DNA from: Vicinamibacterales bacterium
Lineage (GTDB): Bacteria; Acidobacteriota; Vicinamibacteria; Vicinamibacterales; CAVVIG01
DNA length: 60,687 bases
Reading direction: 5' to 3'
NCBI GenBank assembly: GCA_025450765.1
Contig: JANWLS010000132.1
Coordinates: forward strand, 1-60,687
The translations under genes and the position numbers were made by a program. Below, piece after piece: positions 34,389 to 46,174 of the stretch (its first letter is position 1; the number at the start of each line of letters is the position of its first letter). The notes beneath the pieces were generated by a model. The model had not been told where the DNA came from and did not search any database. It was given only the letters and a program-made list of their open reading frames with translations.

Positions 34389-35999
34389 CTACTCGCCAAC
34401 GACCGGCTGCTCGTAGTGTGGCTTCTTCATAATCCAGACGAACGGAATCGCCGCGGCCAGCAGCGCCGCCATCACGCGGAATCCATCCAGGTAGCTCATC
34501 GCCACCGCTTCGCGGACGACTTCACCATAGATGCCCGCGAAGGCCTCGGTGCCCGCGTGCGTGAGGGCCTGGCCCTGCGCCGCGAGGTAATGCTGCAGCT
34601 CCGCGACCGCCTGTGAAAAGAGGCGCGGGTGCAGACCCATGTCGCCGACGAGCTGGACCTGGTGGAACTGGGCGCGACGGTCGACGAACGCCGTGAAGAG
34701 CGAAATGCCGAAGCCCGCGCCGAGGTTGCGGGCCAACCCGATCAGGCTCGTCGCATAGCCCATTTCGTGCTGCGGAATGGGATCGACCGTAATGGTGGCC
34801 AGCGGTACGAACAAGAAGGACAGGCCGGCGCCCATGATCAGCTGGGGCCACAGGAAGCTCCATGGGCCCGCGTTCAGATCCAGGAACGAGAACATATAGG
34901 CGCCGATCGCCCCGACCAGCAGGCCGCCGCTCAGGAGCGCGCGCATGTCCCAGCGCCGCCCGATCAGGAACCCGGCGATCGGCATGAAGATGAGCGTGGC
35001 GATGCCGCGCGGAGAATTCCAGATGCCTGCCGTCACAGCCGGGAAGCCCAGCAGCGTCTGCATGAAGAGCGGCAGCAGCACGATGCTGCCGTACAACGCG
35101 AAGAACAGCGCCATCGACAGTGATGTCCCCGTCGCGAACGTGCGGTGGCGGAGCAGGTCGAAATGCACGACCGGGTCGCGTGTGCGCAGCTCCCACCAGA
35201 TGAAGGCGACGAGCCCCACCGCCGCGATGATGCTCATCGCCACGATGAAATGCGAGCCGAACCAGTCGTCCTCCTGCCCCTTGTCGAACACCACCTGCAG
35301 GGAGGCGATGCCGATCGCGAGCAGCCCCATGCCCCAGTAATCGATGTGTCCGGTGCCGCGCCGAATATATGGCGGATCGAAGACGAAGGTCTGGACGAGG
35401 AACAACGCGGCCAGGCTGACGGGGATGTTGATGAAGAAGATCCATCGCCAGGAGTAGTCGGTCGTCAACCAGCCGCCGAGAATGGGCGCGACGATCGGGG
35501 CGACGACGATGCCGACGCCCCAGAGCGCCATCGCATGGCCTCGCTCCTCGCGCGGAAACGTCTCGAGCATGATCGCGCGTGTGGTCGGCTGCAGCGACCC
35601 GCCGGCCGTGCCCTGCAGGACGCGGAAGAAGACGAGCATCGGCAGGTTGGGCGCAATCCCACAGAGCACGCTGGCCGAGGCGAACCCCACGACGGCCATC
35701 ATCAACAGCCGCTTGCGCCCGAAATAATTCGCGAGCCACCCGGAGAGCGGCAGGATGACCGCGTTCGCGACGAGGTACGACGTGAGCACCCAGGTCGCTT
35801 CATCCACGGATGCGGAAAGGTTTCCCGCGATGTAGGGCAGGCTGACGTTGACGGCCGAGGTATCCACCAGCTCCATCACCGCGCTCATCATCACGGCCGC
35901 GGCGATCAGCCAGCGCATCGTCTTGTCGGCCACGCCGACATCGAAGGCGGCCGCGGCGGGGTTCGGCGGTGGATGCTGGGGGGAGTCAGCGGAAGGCAC
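34389..35999 (-). CDS. DHA2 (EmrB/QacA) family MFS drug:H+ antiporter, 14 TM
   Basis: LVDTSAVNVSLPYIAGNL, GWLANYFGRKR and many TM helices. Start uncertain: GTG 35999, GTG 35933 and ATG 35918 are all in frame, and none has a clear SD. Confidence 0.85.
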   Translation of the reverse strand: MPSADSPQHPPPNPAAAAFDVGVADKTMRWLIAAAVMMSAVMELVDTSAVNVSLPYIAGNLSASVDEATWVLTSYLVANAVILPLSGWLANYFGRKRLLMMAVVGFASASVLCGIAPNLPMLVFFRVLQGTAGGSLQPTTRAIMLETFPREERGHAMALWGVGIVVAPIVAPILGGWLTTDYSWRWIFFINIPVSLAALFLVQTFVFDPPYIRRGTGHIDYWGMGLLAIGIASLQVVFDKGQEDDWFGSHFIVAMSIIAAVGLVAFIWWELRTRDPVVHFDLLRHRTFATGTSLSMALFFALYGSIVLLPLFMQTLLGFPAVTAGIWNSPRGIATLIFMPIAGFLIGRRWDMRALLSGGLLVGAIGAYMFSFLDLNAGPWSFLWPQLIMGAGLSFLFVPLATITVDPIPQHEMGYATSLIGLARNLGAGFGISLFTAFVDRRAQFHQVQLVGDMGLHPRLFSQAVAELQHYLAAQGQALTHAGTEAFAGIYGEVVREAVAMSYLDGFRVMAALLAAAIPFVWIMKKPHYEQPVVGE

Positions 36000-36076
36000 G
36001 AAGACTGATCTTACGCCACGTCGCCCGATCCAGCCCGTCAACGGCCGTTCGTGCACAATGGATGCAGGAATCTCGT

Positions 36077-37705
36077 ATGGGTGACACGCGGCTGCGGCGG
36101 GACATCGGCGTCGTCGGTCTGTTGTTCGCGGCGGTCGGATCGATCATCGGATCGGGCTGGCTCTTTGGCGCACTCGTCGCGGCTCAGATCGCCGGACCGG
36201 CCGCCATCATCGCCTGGCTGATCGGCGGGGTGATGATCGTGCTCATCGGCCTCTGCTACGCCGAACTCGGGACCATGTTCCCGGTCGCCGGCGGCGTGGT
36301 TCGCTACCCCCACTTCAGCTTCGGATCGCTCGCCAGCTATACGCTCGGCTGGATCACCTGGCTCGCGGTCGCCTCCACGACGTCGATCGAAGTCGAAGCC
36401 GCGCTGCAGTACGCCACCGCGTACCTGCCGTGGCTCCAGCATCTCCGGGGCGGCGTCCCTGTGCTGACCGGCCGCGGGTTCGCCGTCGCGGCGGCGCTGC
36501 TGACGATTTTCAGCCTGGTCAACGTGATTGGAATCCGGTGGTTCGCCCGGCTGAACACCGCCCTCGTCTGGTGGAAGCTCACGATCATCAGCCTGGTCAT
36601 CGTCGCCTTTCTGGTCACCGTGTTTCACACGGCGAACTTCAACCATCCGGCGGCGGGCGGCTTCATGCCCGCAGGCTGGAAAGGCGTCTTCTCCTCCATC
36701 GCCACGGCAGGCATCGTCTTTTCCTATCTCGGGTTCCGGCAGGGCGTGGAACTGGCGGGCGAGACGGACAATCCGCAGCGCAACGTGCCCATTGCCATCA
36801 TCGGTTCCGTCCTCATCACCGCCGTGCTCTACATCGTCCTCCAGGTGGCGTTCGTGGGCGCGCTGCCCGTCGGCGCCCTGCGGAACGGCTGGGCGGCGAT
36901 CGGCACGAGCTTCACCGGGTCGATGAGCGGCGTCGCCGCCACGTATGGTCCGCTCGCGGCGCTCGCCGGCGTCATGGGCATGACCTGGTTGGCCATTCTG
37001 CTCTACGTCGACGCCTTCATCTCACCCGCCGACACGAGCCTCATTTACACGACGGTGACGGCGCGCATCTCGTACGCGATGGGGCGAAACGGCAACGCGC
37101 CTCGCACCCTCGCGAACGTGAGCGCGCGCGGCGTGCCGTGGGTGAGCGTCATCGTCACGTTCGTCGCCGGCTTGATCTTTTTCCTCCCGTTCCCCGGGTG
37201 GCAAACGCTCGTGGGGTTTGTGACCTCCGCGACGGTGCTTTCCTTCGGATCGGGCCCGCTCGTGCTGCTCGCCATGCGCCGCCAGCTCCCGAACCAGGCG
37301 CGACCGTTCCGGCTGCCGGCAGCCCACCTGCTTGCGTATTTGGCGTTCCTGTCGTCCAATCTAATCGTGTATTGGTCGGGCTGGGCGACCGACTGGAAGT
37401 TGTTCGTGGCCGTGCTGCTCGGGTACATCGTGCTCGCCGCATACGAGGCACGGCACCACGAGATGACGCCGCCGCTCGATGGGCGGTCCGGGGCGTGGGT
37501 CATCCTCTGGCTGGCGGGACTCGCGGTGATCAGTTGGATCGGCTCCTACCCGGTCGCATCGGCGCACGCGGGCAATCTCGGCCTGCTCGGCTTCGGACAA
37601 GCGCTGCCCGTGCTGGCCGTCTTTTCGGCGCTCATCCTGTGGATGGCGACCGCGTGGCGGCTGCCGGACGACCGAGTCGCAGCCTACCTTCGGGACGAAG
37701 GGTAG
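36077..37705 (+). CDS. APC superfamily amino acid/polyamine permease
   Basis: IGVVGLLFAAVGSIIGSGWLF signature and about 12-13 TM helices. Start is ATG 36077 or ATG 36062. Confidence 0.8.
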   Translation: MGDTRLRRDIGVVGLLFAAVGSIIGSGWLFGALVAAQIAGPAAIIAWLIGGVMIVLIGLCYAELGTMFPVAGGVVRYPHFSFGSLASYTLGWITWLAVASTTSIEVEAALQYATAYLPWLQHLRGGVPVLTGRGFAVAAALLTIFSLVNVIGIRWFARLNTALVWWKLTIISLVIVAFLVTVFHTANFNHPAAGGFMPAGWKGVFSSIATAGIVFSYLGFRQGVELAGETDNPQRNVPIAIIGSVLITAVLYIVLQVAFVGALPVGALRNGWAAIGTSFTGSMSGVAATYGPLAALAGVMGMTWLAILLYVDAFISPADTSLIYTTVTARISYAMGRNGNAPRTLANVSARGVPWVSVIVTFVAGLIFFLPFPGWQTLVGFVTSATVLSFGSGPLVLLAMRRQLPNQARPFRLPAAHLLAYLAFLSSNLIVYWSGWATDWKLFVAVLLGYIVLAAYEARHHEMTPPLDGRSGAWVILWLAGLAVISWIGSYPVASAHAGNLGLLGFGQALPVLAVFSALILWMATAWRLPDDRVAAYLRDEG

Positions 37706-37723
37706 CTGGCGGAGGCAAATCGA

Positions 37724-38899
<1,176 letters not shown>

Positions 38900-38921
38900 G
38901 CCGGCGAGAGATAATAGAGGC

Positions 38922-40726
<1,805 letters not shown>

Positions 40727-40730
<4 letters not shown>

Positions 40731-41365
40731 CGAGAGCGCTGATTGGCCTCGTGCTCGGGGCGGCCCTGGTCGGCCTGTGTGGCTGCGCCAGTGAACCCAC
40801 CGACAGCCCGAGCCGCTACGTGAGGCAGATCCAGGCGGATCGGGCGGCCAAGGACGCCGCCTTCCGCACCGAGAGCCATTCGCCGATTCCGGCGACCAAG
40901 CGGAACGTGCTGTTGCCGCTCAACTACTACCCGCCCGACCCGAGCTACCGCGTCCCCGCGGTGCTGAAGCCGGACCCGCAGAACGTGGTGATCGAGGTAC
41001 CTACGTCTACGGGAAAGCCTCGCCGAGAGCAGGTCTATGGCACTTTGGAATTTTTGTTGAAGGGCCAAACGGTCAAACTGACCGCCTTTGTTGAGGAAGG
41101 ATCAGTGAATGCGGATCGGCTCTTCGTACCGTTTCGCGATCCGACTAACGGAACGGAGACTTACGGAGGCGGACGTTATCTGGATCTCGAACGGACGCCG
41201 ACCGGCCTTTACGTCATCGACTTCAACGAAGCCTACAATCCATATTGCGCCTACAGTCCTACTTGGGAATGCCCATTTCCCCCGCCAGAGAATCGGCTGC
41301 CGGTTCCAATCAAAGCGGGGGAAAAGCTTCCCAAATCCGAGATCGCCAGCCACGGCAGCCGCTAA
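40727..41365 (+). CDS. DUF1684 family lipoprotein
   Basis: Lipobox LVGLCGC. Conserved C-terminal core YGGGRYLDLE...NPYCAYSPTWECPFPPPENRL. ATGA overlap with the fadE stop. Confidence 0.75.
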
Positions 41366-42735
41366 ACAGTCACTCCGGCCAATTCTTCATAGAAGTACGC
41401 GGACGCGATGATCCCGTTGTAGAAGTTCCCGAGATCGATCCGCTCGTTCGGCGCGTGCGCGTTCTCGTCGGGGAGCCCCACGCCGAAGAGGACCGACGGC
41501 AGGCCGAGCTCCTCCTGGAACGTCGAGACGACGGGGATCGAGCCACCTTCGCGCGTGAACACCGGCGACTTGCCGAAGCCGCGCTCGATCGCCCGCCCGG
41601 CCGCCTGCACGAAGGCGTTATCGAAGCTCGTCATCCAGGGCTTCCCGCCGTGCATCCGCGTGAACTTCAGCTCCATGGTCTTCGGCGCGATCTTCCAGAC
41701 CCACTTTTCGAACTGGTCGGCGATCTTCGCGGGATCCTGGTCCGGGACGAGGCGCATGCTGATCTTCGCCATCGCGACGGCGGGAATGACCGTCTTGGCG
41801 CCGTCACCGGTGAAGCCCGAGAGCAGCCCGTTCACCTCGAGCGTCGGCCGGCCCCACACCCGTTCGAGCGTGCTGTAGCCGGTTTCGCCCATCAGCTTGG
41901 GCGCGCCGAGATCCTTCCGGAAGCGCGTCTCGTTGAACGGCAGCTTCTTGAACTCCTCCCGCTCGGCGTCCGTGAGCGCCCGGACATCGTCGTAGAAGCC
42001 CGGCACCTTGATCCGCCCGCCGCGGTCCTTCATCTGGGCGATCATCTGCGCCAGCACGAACGCGGGATTCGCGACCGCGCCGCCGAAGGACCCGGAGTGC
42101 AGGTCCGATTTCGTCCCACGCAGATCGATCTGGAAATAGGCGAGCCCGCGCAGGCCGTAGCAGATGGACGGCACGCCGCGGTCGAACATCGGCGAGTCGG
42201 AGATCACCACGACGTCGGCGGCGAGCTCGCGCTTGTGCGTCCGCACGAACTCGTCGAGGTTGTCGCTGCCGACCTCCTCTTCGCCTTCGATGATCAACTT
42301 CACGTTGATCGGCAGCCGCCCGTTCTGGCGCAGCCACGCCTCCAGGGCCTTGAAGTGCATGAACACCTGGCCCTTGTCGTCGGCGCTGCCTCGCGCGTAG
42401 AGCTCGCCGTCGCGGACGGTGCCCTCGAATGGCGGGCTCTCCCACAAGTCCAGCGGGTCCACCGGCTGCACGTCGTAATGCCCGTAGAACAACATGGTCG
42501 GGGCACCGGGGGCGCCGAGCCAGTCGCCGTACACGACCGGGTTTCCGGCGGTCTCGTGGAGCTGGACGTTCTGCAGCCCGATCCGGCGCATCTCGTCGGC
42601 CACCCACTCGGCGCAGCGCCGCACGTCGGGCGCATGCACCGGGAGCGCGCTCACGCTCGGAATGGCGAGCAGCGCCTTCAGCTCCTCGAGGTAGCGGTCC
42701 CGGTTCATGTTGATGAAGTCGACCACGTTGTCCAT
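41362..42735 (-). CDS. M20 family dipeptidase/deacylase
   Basis: YGHYDVQP, RGSADDKGQ, EGEEEVGS and PNERI motifs. Confidence 0.85.
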   Translation of the reverse strand: MDNVVDFINMNRDRYLEELKALLAIPSVSALPVHAPDVRRCAEWVADEMRRIGLQNVQLHETAGNPVVYGDWLGAPGAPTMLFYGHYDVQPVDPLDLWESPPFEGTVRDGELYARGSADDKGQVFMHFKALEAWLRQNGRLPINVKLIIEGEEEVGSDNLDEFVRTHKRELAADVVVISDSPMFDRGVPSICYGLRGLAYFQIDLRGTKSDLHSGSFGGAVANPAFVLAQMIAQMKDRGGRIKVPGFYDDVRALTDAEREEFKKLPFNETRFRKDLGAPKLMGETGYSTLERVWGRPTLEVNGLLSGFTGDGAKTVIPAVAMAKISMRLVPDQDPAKIADQFEKWVWKIAPKTMELKFTRMHGGKPWMTSFDNAFVQAAGRAIERGFGKSPVFTREGGSIPVVSTFQEELGLPSVLFGVGLPDENAHAPNERIDLGNFYNGIIASAYFYEELAGVTV

Positions 42736-42750
42736 CGAAGCCTCGCTTTG

Positions 42751-43551
42751 TCAGATTTTGGCGAACCGATCGCCATTGCGCGCCACGCGACCTTCCTGCT
42801 CGAGCTTGGCGAGGTGCGCGCGCACACTCTCGGCGGCCATCCGGCGCAGCGGCGACTGCAGCTCCGGATAGATACTCGCCACCATATCATCCACCGTGTC
42901 CTTCCCACGGTCGAGCGCCTGCAGCACCTGCTGTTCGCGTTCCTCACGGTGAACGATGTAGGAGGTGAGCAGGGCGCGCGGGTCGTCGATTTCCGCCCCG
43001 TGCGCGGGAAGAATGCGGATGGGGTTGAGGTCCAGCACCAGCTGCAGGGATTGCAGGTAGTCTCCCACGCTGCCGCCCTGGCTCCAGAGGATGACGACCG
43101 TGCTGCCGAGGACGGCCAGGTCGCCGCCGTAGACCGTGCGGGAGCTCTCATCCCAGAACACCAGATGGTCTGGCGCGTGCCCCGGCGTGTGGATGGCGGT
43201 GAGGAATCCATCGCCGGCGGCGATCCGCTCATCGGCGGCAATCGGCTGCCATGGCACCGGATACCTGGCGTCGCGCTCAGGCGACGGGTACTTGAAGAAC
43301 TCCACCCGCGGCCAGCGGCGGGCGATGGCCTCCGCGCCGGAGGCGTGGTCGCCATGGGCATGCGTGACGAGGACCGCCTCCAGCGTCGCGCCGTGCTCCT
43401 CGAGCGCGCGGGCGAGCGCGTCGAGGTGCCGATCGTCGCCGACGCCGGCATCGATCAAGACGGTCCGCCGCCCCGGAATGAGGTAGGTGTTGTTACCCGC
43501 GCCGGTCATCGGACCGGGATTGAACGCATGAAGCAGGACTGGGTGCAGCAT
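42751..43551 (-). CDS. MBL-fold metallo-hydrolase (LACTB2-like) with C-terminal winged-helix-like tail
   Basis: THAHGDH (HxHxDH) and TPGHAPDH motifs. Confidence 0.8.
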   Translation of the reverse strand: MLHPVLLHAFNPGPMTGAGNNTYLIPGRRTVLIDAGVGDDRHLDALARALEEHGATLEAVLVTHAHGDHASGAEAIARRWPRVEFFKYPSPERDARYPVPWQPIAADERIAAGDGFLTAIHTPGHAPDHLVFWDESSRTVYGGDLAVLGSTVVILWSQGGSVGDYLQSLQLVLDLNPIRILPAHGAEIDDPRALLTSYIVHREEREQQVLQALDRGKDTVDDMVASIYPELQSPLRRMAAESVRAHLAKLEQEGRVARNGDRFAKI

Positions 43552-43562
43552 CGCGGATCTGA

Positions 43563-43988
43563 TCAGCGGCCCGCCGGCGTGAGCCGCGCCTGCTCGAGCC
43601 GCGCGCGCATGTCGTCGGGAATCGGAACCGAGCGGCCCGCCGAGTAATCGTACGCGACGATCACCGTTCGCGCCGTGGCGACGACCCGCTCATCCGTCAG
43701 CCGCACGATCTCGTAATCGAGCATGAAGCTGGATCGGCCGATCTCGCTCACCCAGAGCCGGACATCGATGGGATCGCCCATCAGAATCGGGGCGCGGAAG
43801 TCGCACTCGACCCGCGCGATGATGATCCCGGCGCCGGGTCCGGGTGTGTTGTGCGAGACCGCACGCCAGTAGGCGAAGCGCGCCTGTTCGAGGTACGTCA
43901 GGAACACGGCGTGATTCACGTGTCCCATCGGATCGCAATCACGAAACCGGACTTCGATCGCATGCGAGAACACTCGGTCGCTGCCCAT
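43563..43988 (-). CDS. 4HBT-fold acyl-CoA thioesterase (YbgC-like)
   Basis: VRFRDCDPMGHVNHAVFLTYLEQAR hot-dog motif. Start at ATG 43988. Confidence 0.8.
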   Translation of the reverse strand: MGSDRVFSHAIEVRFRDCDPMGHVNHAVFLTYLEQARFAYWRAVSHNTPGPGAGIIIARVECDFRAPILMGDPIDVRLWVSEIGRSSFMLDYEIVRLTDERVVATARTVIVAYDYSAGRSVPIPDDMRARLEQARLTPAGR

Positions 43989-43995
43989 CTGCTTT

Positions 43996-44001
43996 AGTAT
44001 A
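43996..44001 (-). promoter_or_regulatory. -10-like TATACT box 7 nt upstream of the thioesterase ATG (leaderless geometry). The opposite strand reads TAGTAT 6 nt before the GTG of the ThyX-like gene.
   Basis: The 18-bp divergent spacer ctgctttagtatagctgc was read on both strands. No SD is present for either gene. Confidence 0.4.
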
Positions 44002-44006
44002 GCTGC

Positions 44007-45626
44007 GTGACCCACGTCCTCTTCGCCGCCGACCAGTTCACCCCGGACGAGCAGCGCGCCCTGGCGCCCTGGTTCACCAACACGGACCGGCCGATCTTCG
44101 CGCTGACCAACCTGCCCGAAACGGTGAAGGGGGCACTCTTCGCGCGCTACTCGCGGTCTGCGAAGTCACTGCGACGGCTGTTCCTGGACGAATTCCTGGG
44201 AGAAGTCGGGCGGGCAGCCGACGCGCCCCAGGCCTCGGTCGGCTCGGCTCGCGCCGAGCGGCTGTACACCAAGGTGTTCGCCGAGTACGGAGACGACTCG
44301 GTGGCGCAGTTGGGCGGCGCGCATCTCGCGTGCGAAGGCGTCTCGAACGTCCTCACGAAGGTGCTCGAGTGGGGACGGCTGATGGCCTACCTCGAGCAAT
44401 CGACCCGGTACGTCCCCTACACAGACCGGCCGCACGGCCGCTGGAAGTACGTGATTCCCGCCGAGCTCGACGGCTCGCCGCTGCGCGAGCAGTACATTGA
44501 CACCCTCGATCGAGCCTTCGAGACCTACGCACGATGGATCGAGCCGATGGAAGCACACTTCCGGCGGCAGTATCCCAGGAGCCCGACGGACAGCGACGGC
44601 GTGTATCGCGCGGCCATCCGCGCGAAGGCGCTCGACACCCTGCGCGGCCTGCTCCCCGCCGCGACGCGTTCGAACGTGGGCCTCTTCGGCACCGGGCAGG
44701 CCTACGAAGCCCTCCTGCTCCGCATGCGCGCCCACGCGCTCGCCGAAGTGCGTGAATGCGCCGACGCCATGCTGGCCGAGCTGCGCCAGGTGATCCCGGC
44801 ATTCCTCACGCGCGTCGATCAGCCCGACCGCGGGGGCCGATGGTCCGAATACCTCGCCGACACACAGAAGCGGACGGAGGACATCACCCGTCATCTGCTC
44901 GCCGGCATCACCTCGGAGACCCAGGAGGAAGTGGTCCTCACCGACTTCGATCCCGATGGCGAGACCAAAGTGGTGGCCGCGGCGCTCTATGCCGCGTCGG
45001 ACCTGCCGGACTCACAACTGCAACACGTGGCCAGCCAGCTCACGGCGGAAGACCGCGCGGCGGTGCTCGGCGCCTACGTCGGCCATCGCGCCAACCGCCG
45101 GCACAAGCCCGGGCGCGCGTTCGAGCGGACGTCGTATCGTTTCGATGTCCTCACGGACTACGGCGCGTTCAGGGACCTGCAGCGCCATCGCCTGCTCACG
45201 CTCGAGTGGCAGCCGCTCACGACGCGATACGGCTACACCGAGCCGGCGGCACTCGAGGACGCCGGCGCGCTCGCCGACTGGCGAACGGCGATGGGCGAAT
45301 CGGCGGCGCTCGAAGAGGCCATGCGCCGCGAAGGGCTGACGGCTTCGGCGCCGTACGCCGTGTCGATGGCGTACCGCGTCCGGTTTTACGTGGAGATGAA
45401 CGCGCGAGAAGCGATGCACCTCATCGAACTGAGGACAGCGCCGCAGGGCCACCCGGCCTACCGCCGCGTCTGCCAAACGATGCACCGGCTGATCGCGGAC
45501 CAGGCCGGCCACCGCGCGATCGCGGCCGCGATGGTCTTCGCGGATCATTCACAGGTGGAGCTTGAGCGGCTGCAGGCGGAACGGGCGGCGGAAAGAAAAC
45601 GAAAAGGCAGCGACCCTCGTCCCTGA
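44007..45626 (+). CDS. Tandem-domain ThyX-like (FAD-dependent thymidylate synthase family) protein
   Basis: 539 aa with two Thy1-like halves. The N half carries YLEQSTRYV but lacks RHR. The C half carries LQRHRLLTLEWQPLTTRYGY and MHLIELRTAPQGHPAYRRV. GTG start. Confidence 0.65.
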   Translation: MTHVLFAADQFTPDEQRALAPWFTNTDRPIFALTNLPETVKGALFARYSRSAKSLRRLFLDEFLGEVGRAADAPQASVGSARAERLYTKVFAEYGDDSVAQLGGAHLACEGVSNVLTKVLEWGRLMAYLEQSTRYVPYTDRPHGRWKYVIPAELDGSPLREQYIDTLDRAFETYARWIEPMEAHFRRQYPRSPTDSDGVYRAAIRAKALDTLRGLLPAATRSNVGLFGTGQAYEALLLRMRAHALAEVRECADAMLAELRQVIPAFLTRVDQPDRGGRWSEYLADTQKRTEDITRHLLAGITSETQEEVVLTDFDPDGETKVVAAALYAASDLPDSQLQHVASQLTAEDRAAVLGAYVGHRANRRHKPGRAFERTSYRFDVLTDYGAFRDLQRHRLLTLEWQPLTTRYGYTEPAALEDAGALADWRTAMGESAALEEAMRREGLTASAPYAVSMAYRVRFYVEMNAREAMHLIELRTAPQGHPAYRRVCQTMHRLIADQAGHRAIAAAMVFADHSQVELERLQAERAAERKRKGSDPRP

Positions 45627-46160
45627 TCAGTCTTCCCGATCCCTCGCCCAGTATTTCCCGTACTCATCGAGGAACGTCAGCGTCTCCATCGACGTCATGC
45701 GATCGAGGAACAGCACGCCATCGAGGTGGTCGTACTCGTGCTGGACGACGCGCGCCGGATAGTCGCGCAGCTTGACGTCGATCGGCTCGCCATGGCGATC
45801 GAATCCGCGGAGCCGCACGTCGCGGGATCGCGGGACGCGCCCCCGGATGTTGGCGACGCTGAGGCAACCCTCCCAGTCCTCGACGGTCTCCCCGCTGATC
45901 TTGATGTCCGGATTGACGACCGCGAGCGGCCGCAGCACCGTCTCACGCTCGTCGCCTTCCTCGACGACGGCGAGAAACAGCCGAAGGCCCTCGTGCACCT
46001 GCGGCGCCGCCAATCCGATCCCGTGATACTCGTGCATCGTCTCGATCATGTCGTCGATGAGACGCTGGATCTTCGGGCTCTTGATGTCGCGTCGATCGAT
46101 GGCCTGGGCGCGCGTCCGCAGCACGGGATGGCCCATCTGCGCCACTTTCAGAATCGCCAT
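45627..46160 (-). CDS. def: Peptide deformylase
   Basis: GIGLAAPQV, EGCLS and HEYDHLDG motifs. Confidence 0.92.
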   Translation of the reverse strand: MAILKVAQMGHPVLRTRAQAIDRRDIKSPKIQRLIDDMIETMHEYHGIGLAAPQVHEGLRLFLAVVEEGDERETVLRPLAVVNPDIKISGETVEDWEGCLSVANIRGRVPRSRDVRLRGFDRHGEPIDVKLRDYPARVVQHEYDHLDGVLFLDRMTSMETLTFLDEYGKYWARDRED

Positions 46161-46168
46161 ACAACAGA

Positions 46169-46174
46169 ATTATA
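46169..46174 (-). promoter_or_regulatory. Perfect TATAAT -10 box 8 nt upstream of the def ATG (leaderless or near-leaderless geometry)
   Basis: The minus strand reads aacgTATAATtctgttgtATG. The whole def/Nudix divergent spacer is only 32 bp and has no SD. Confidence 0.45.
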
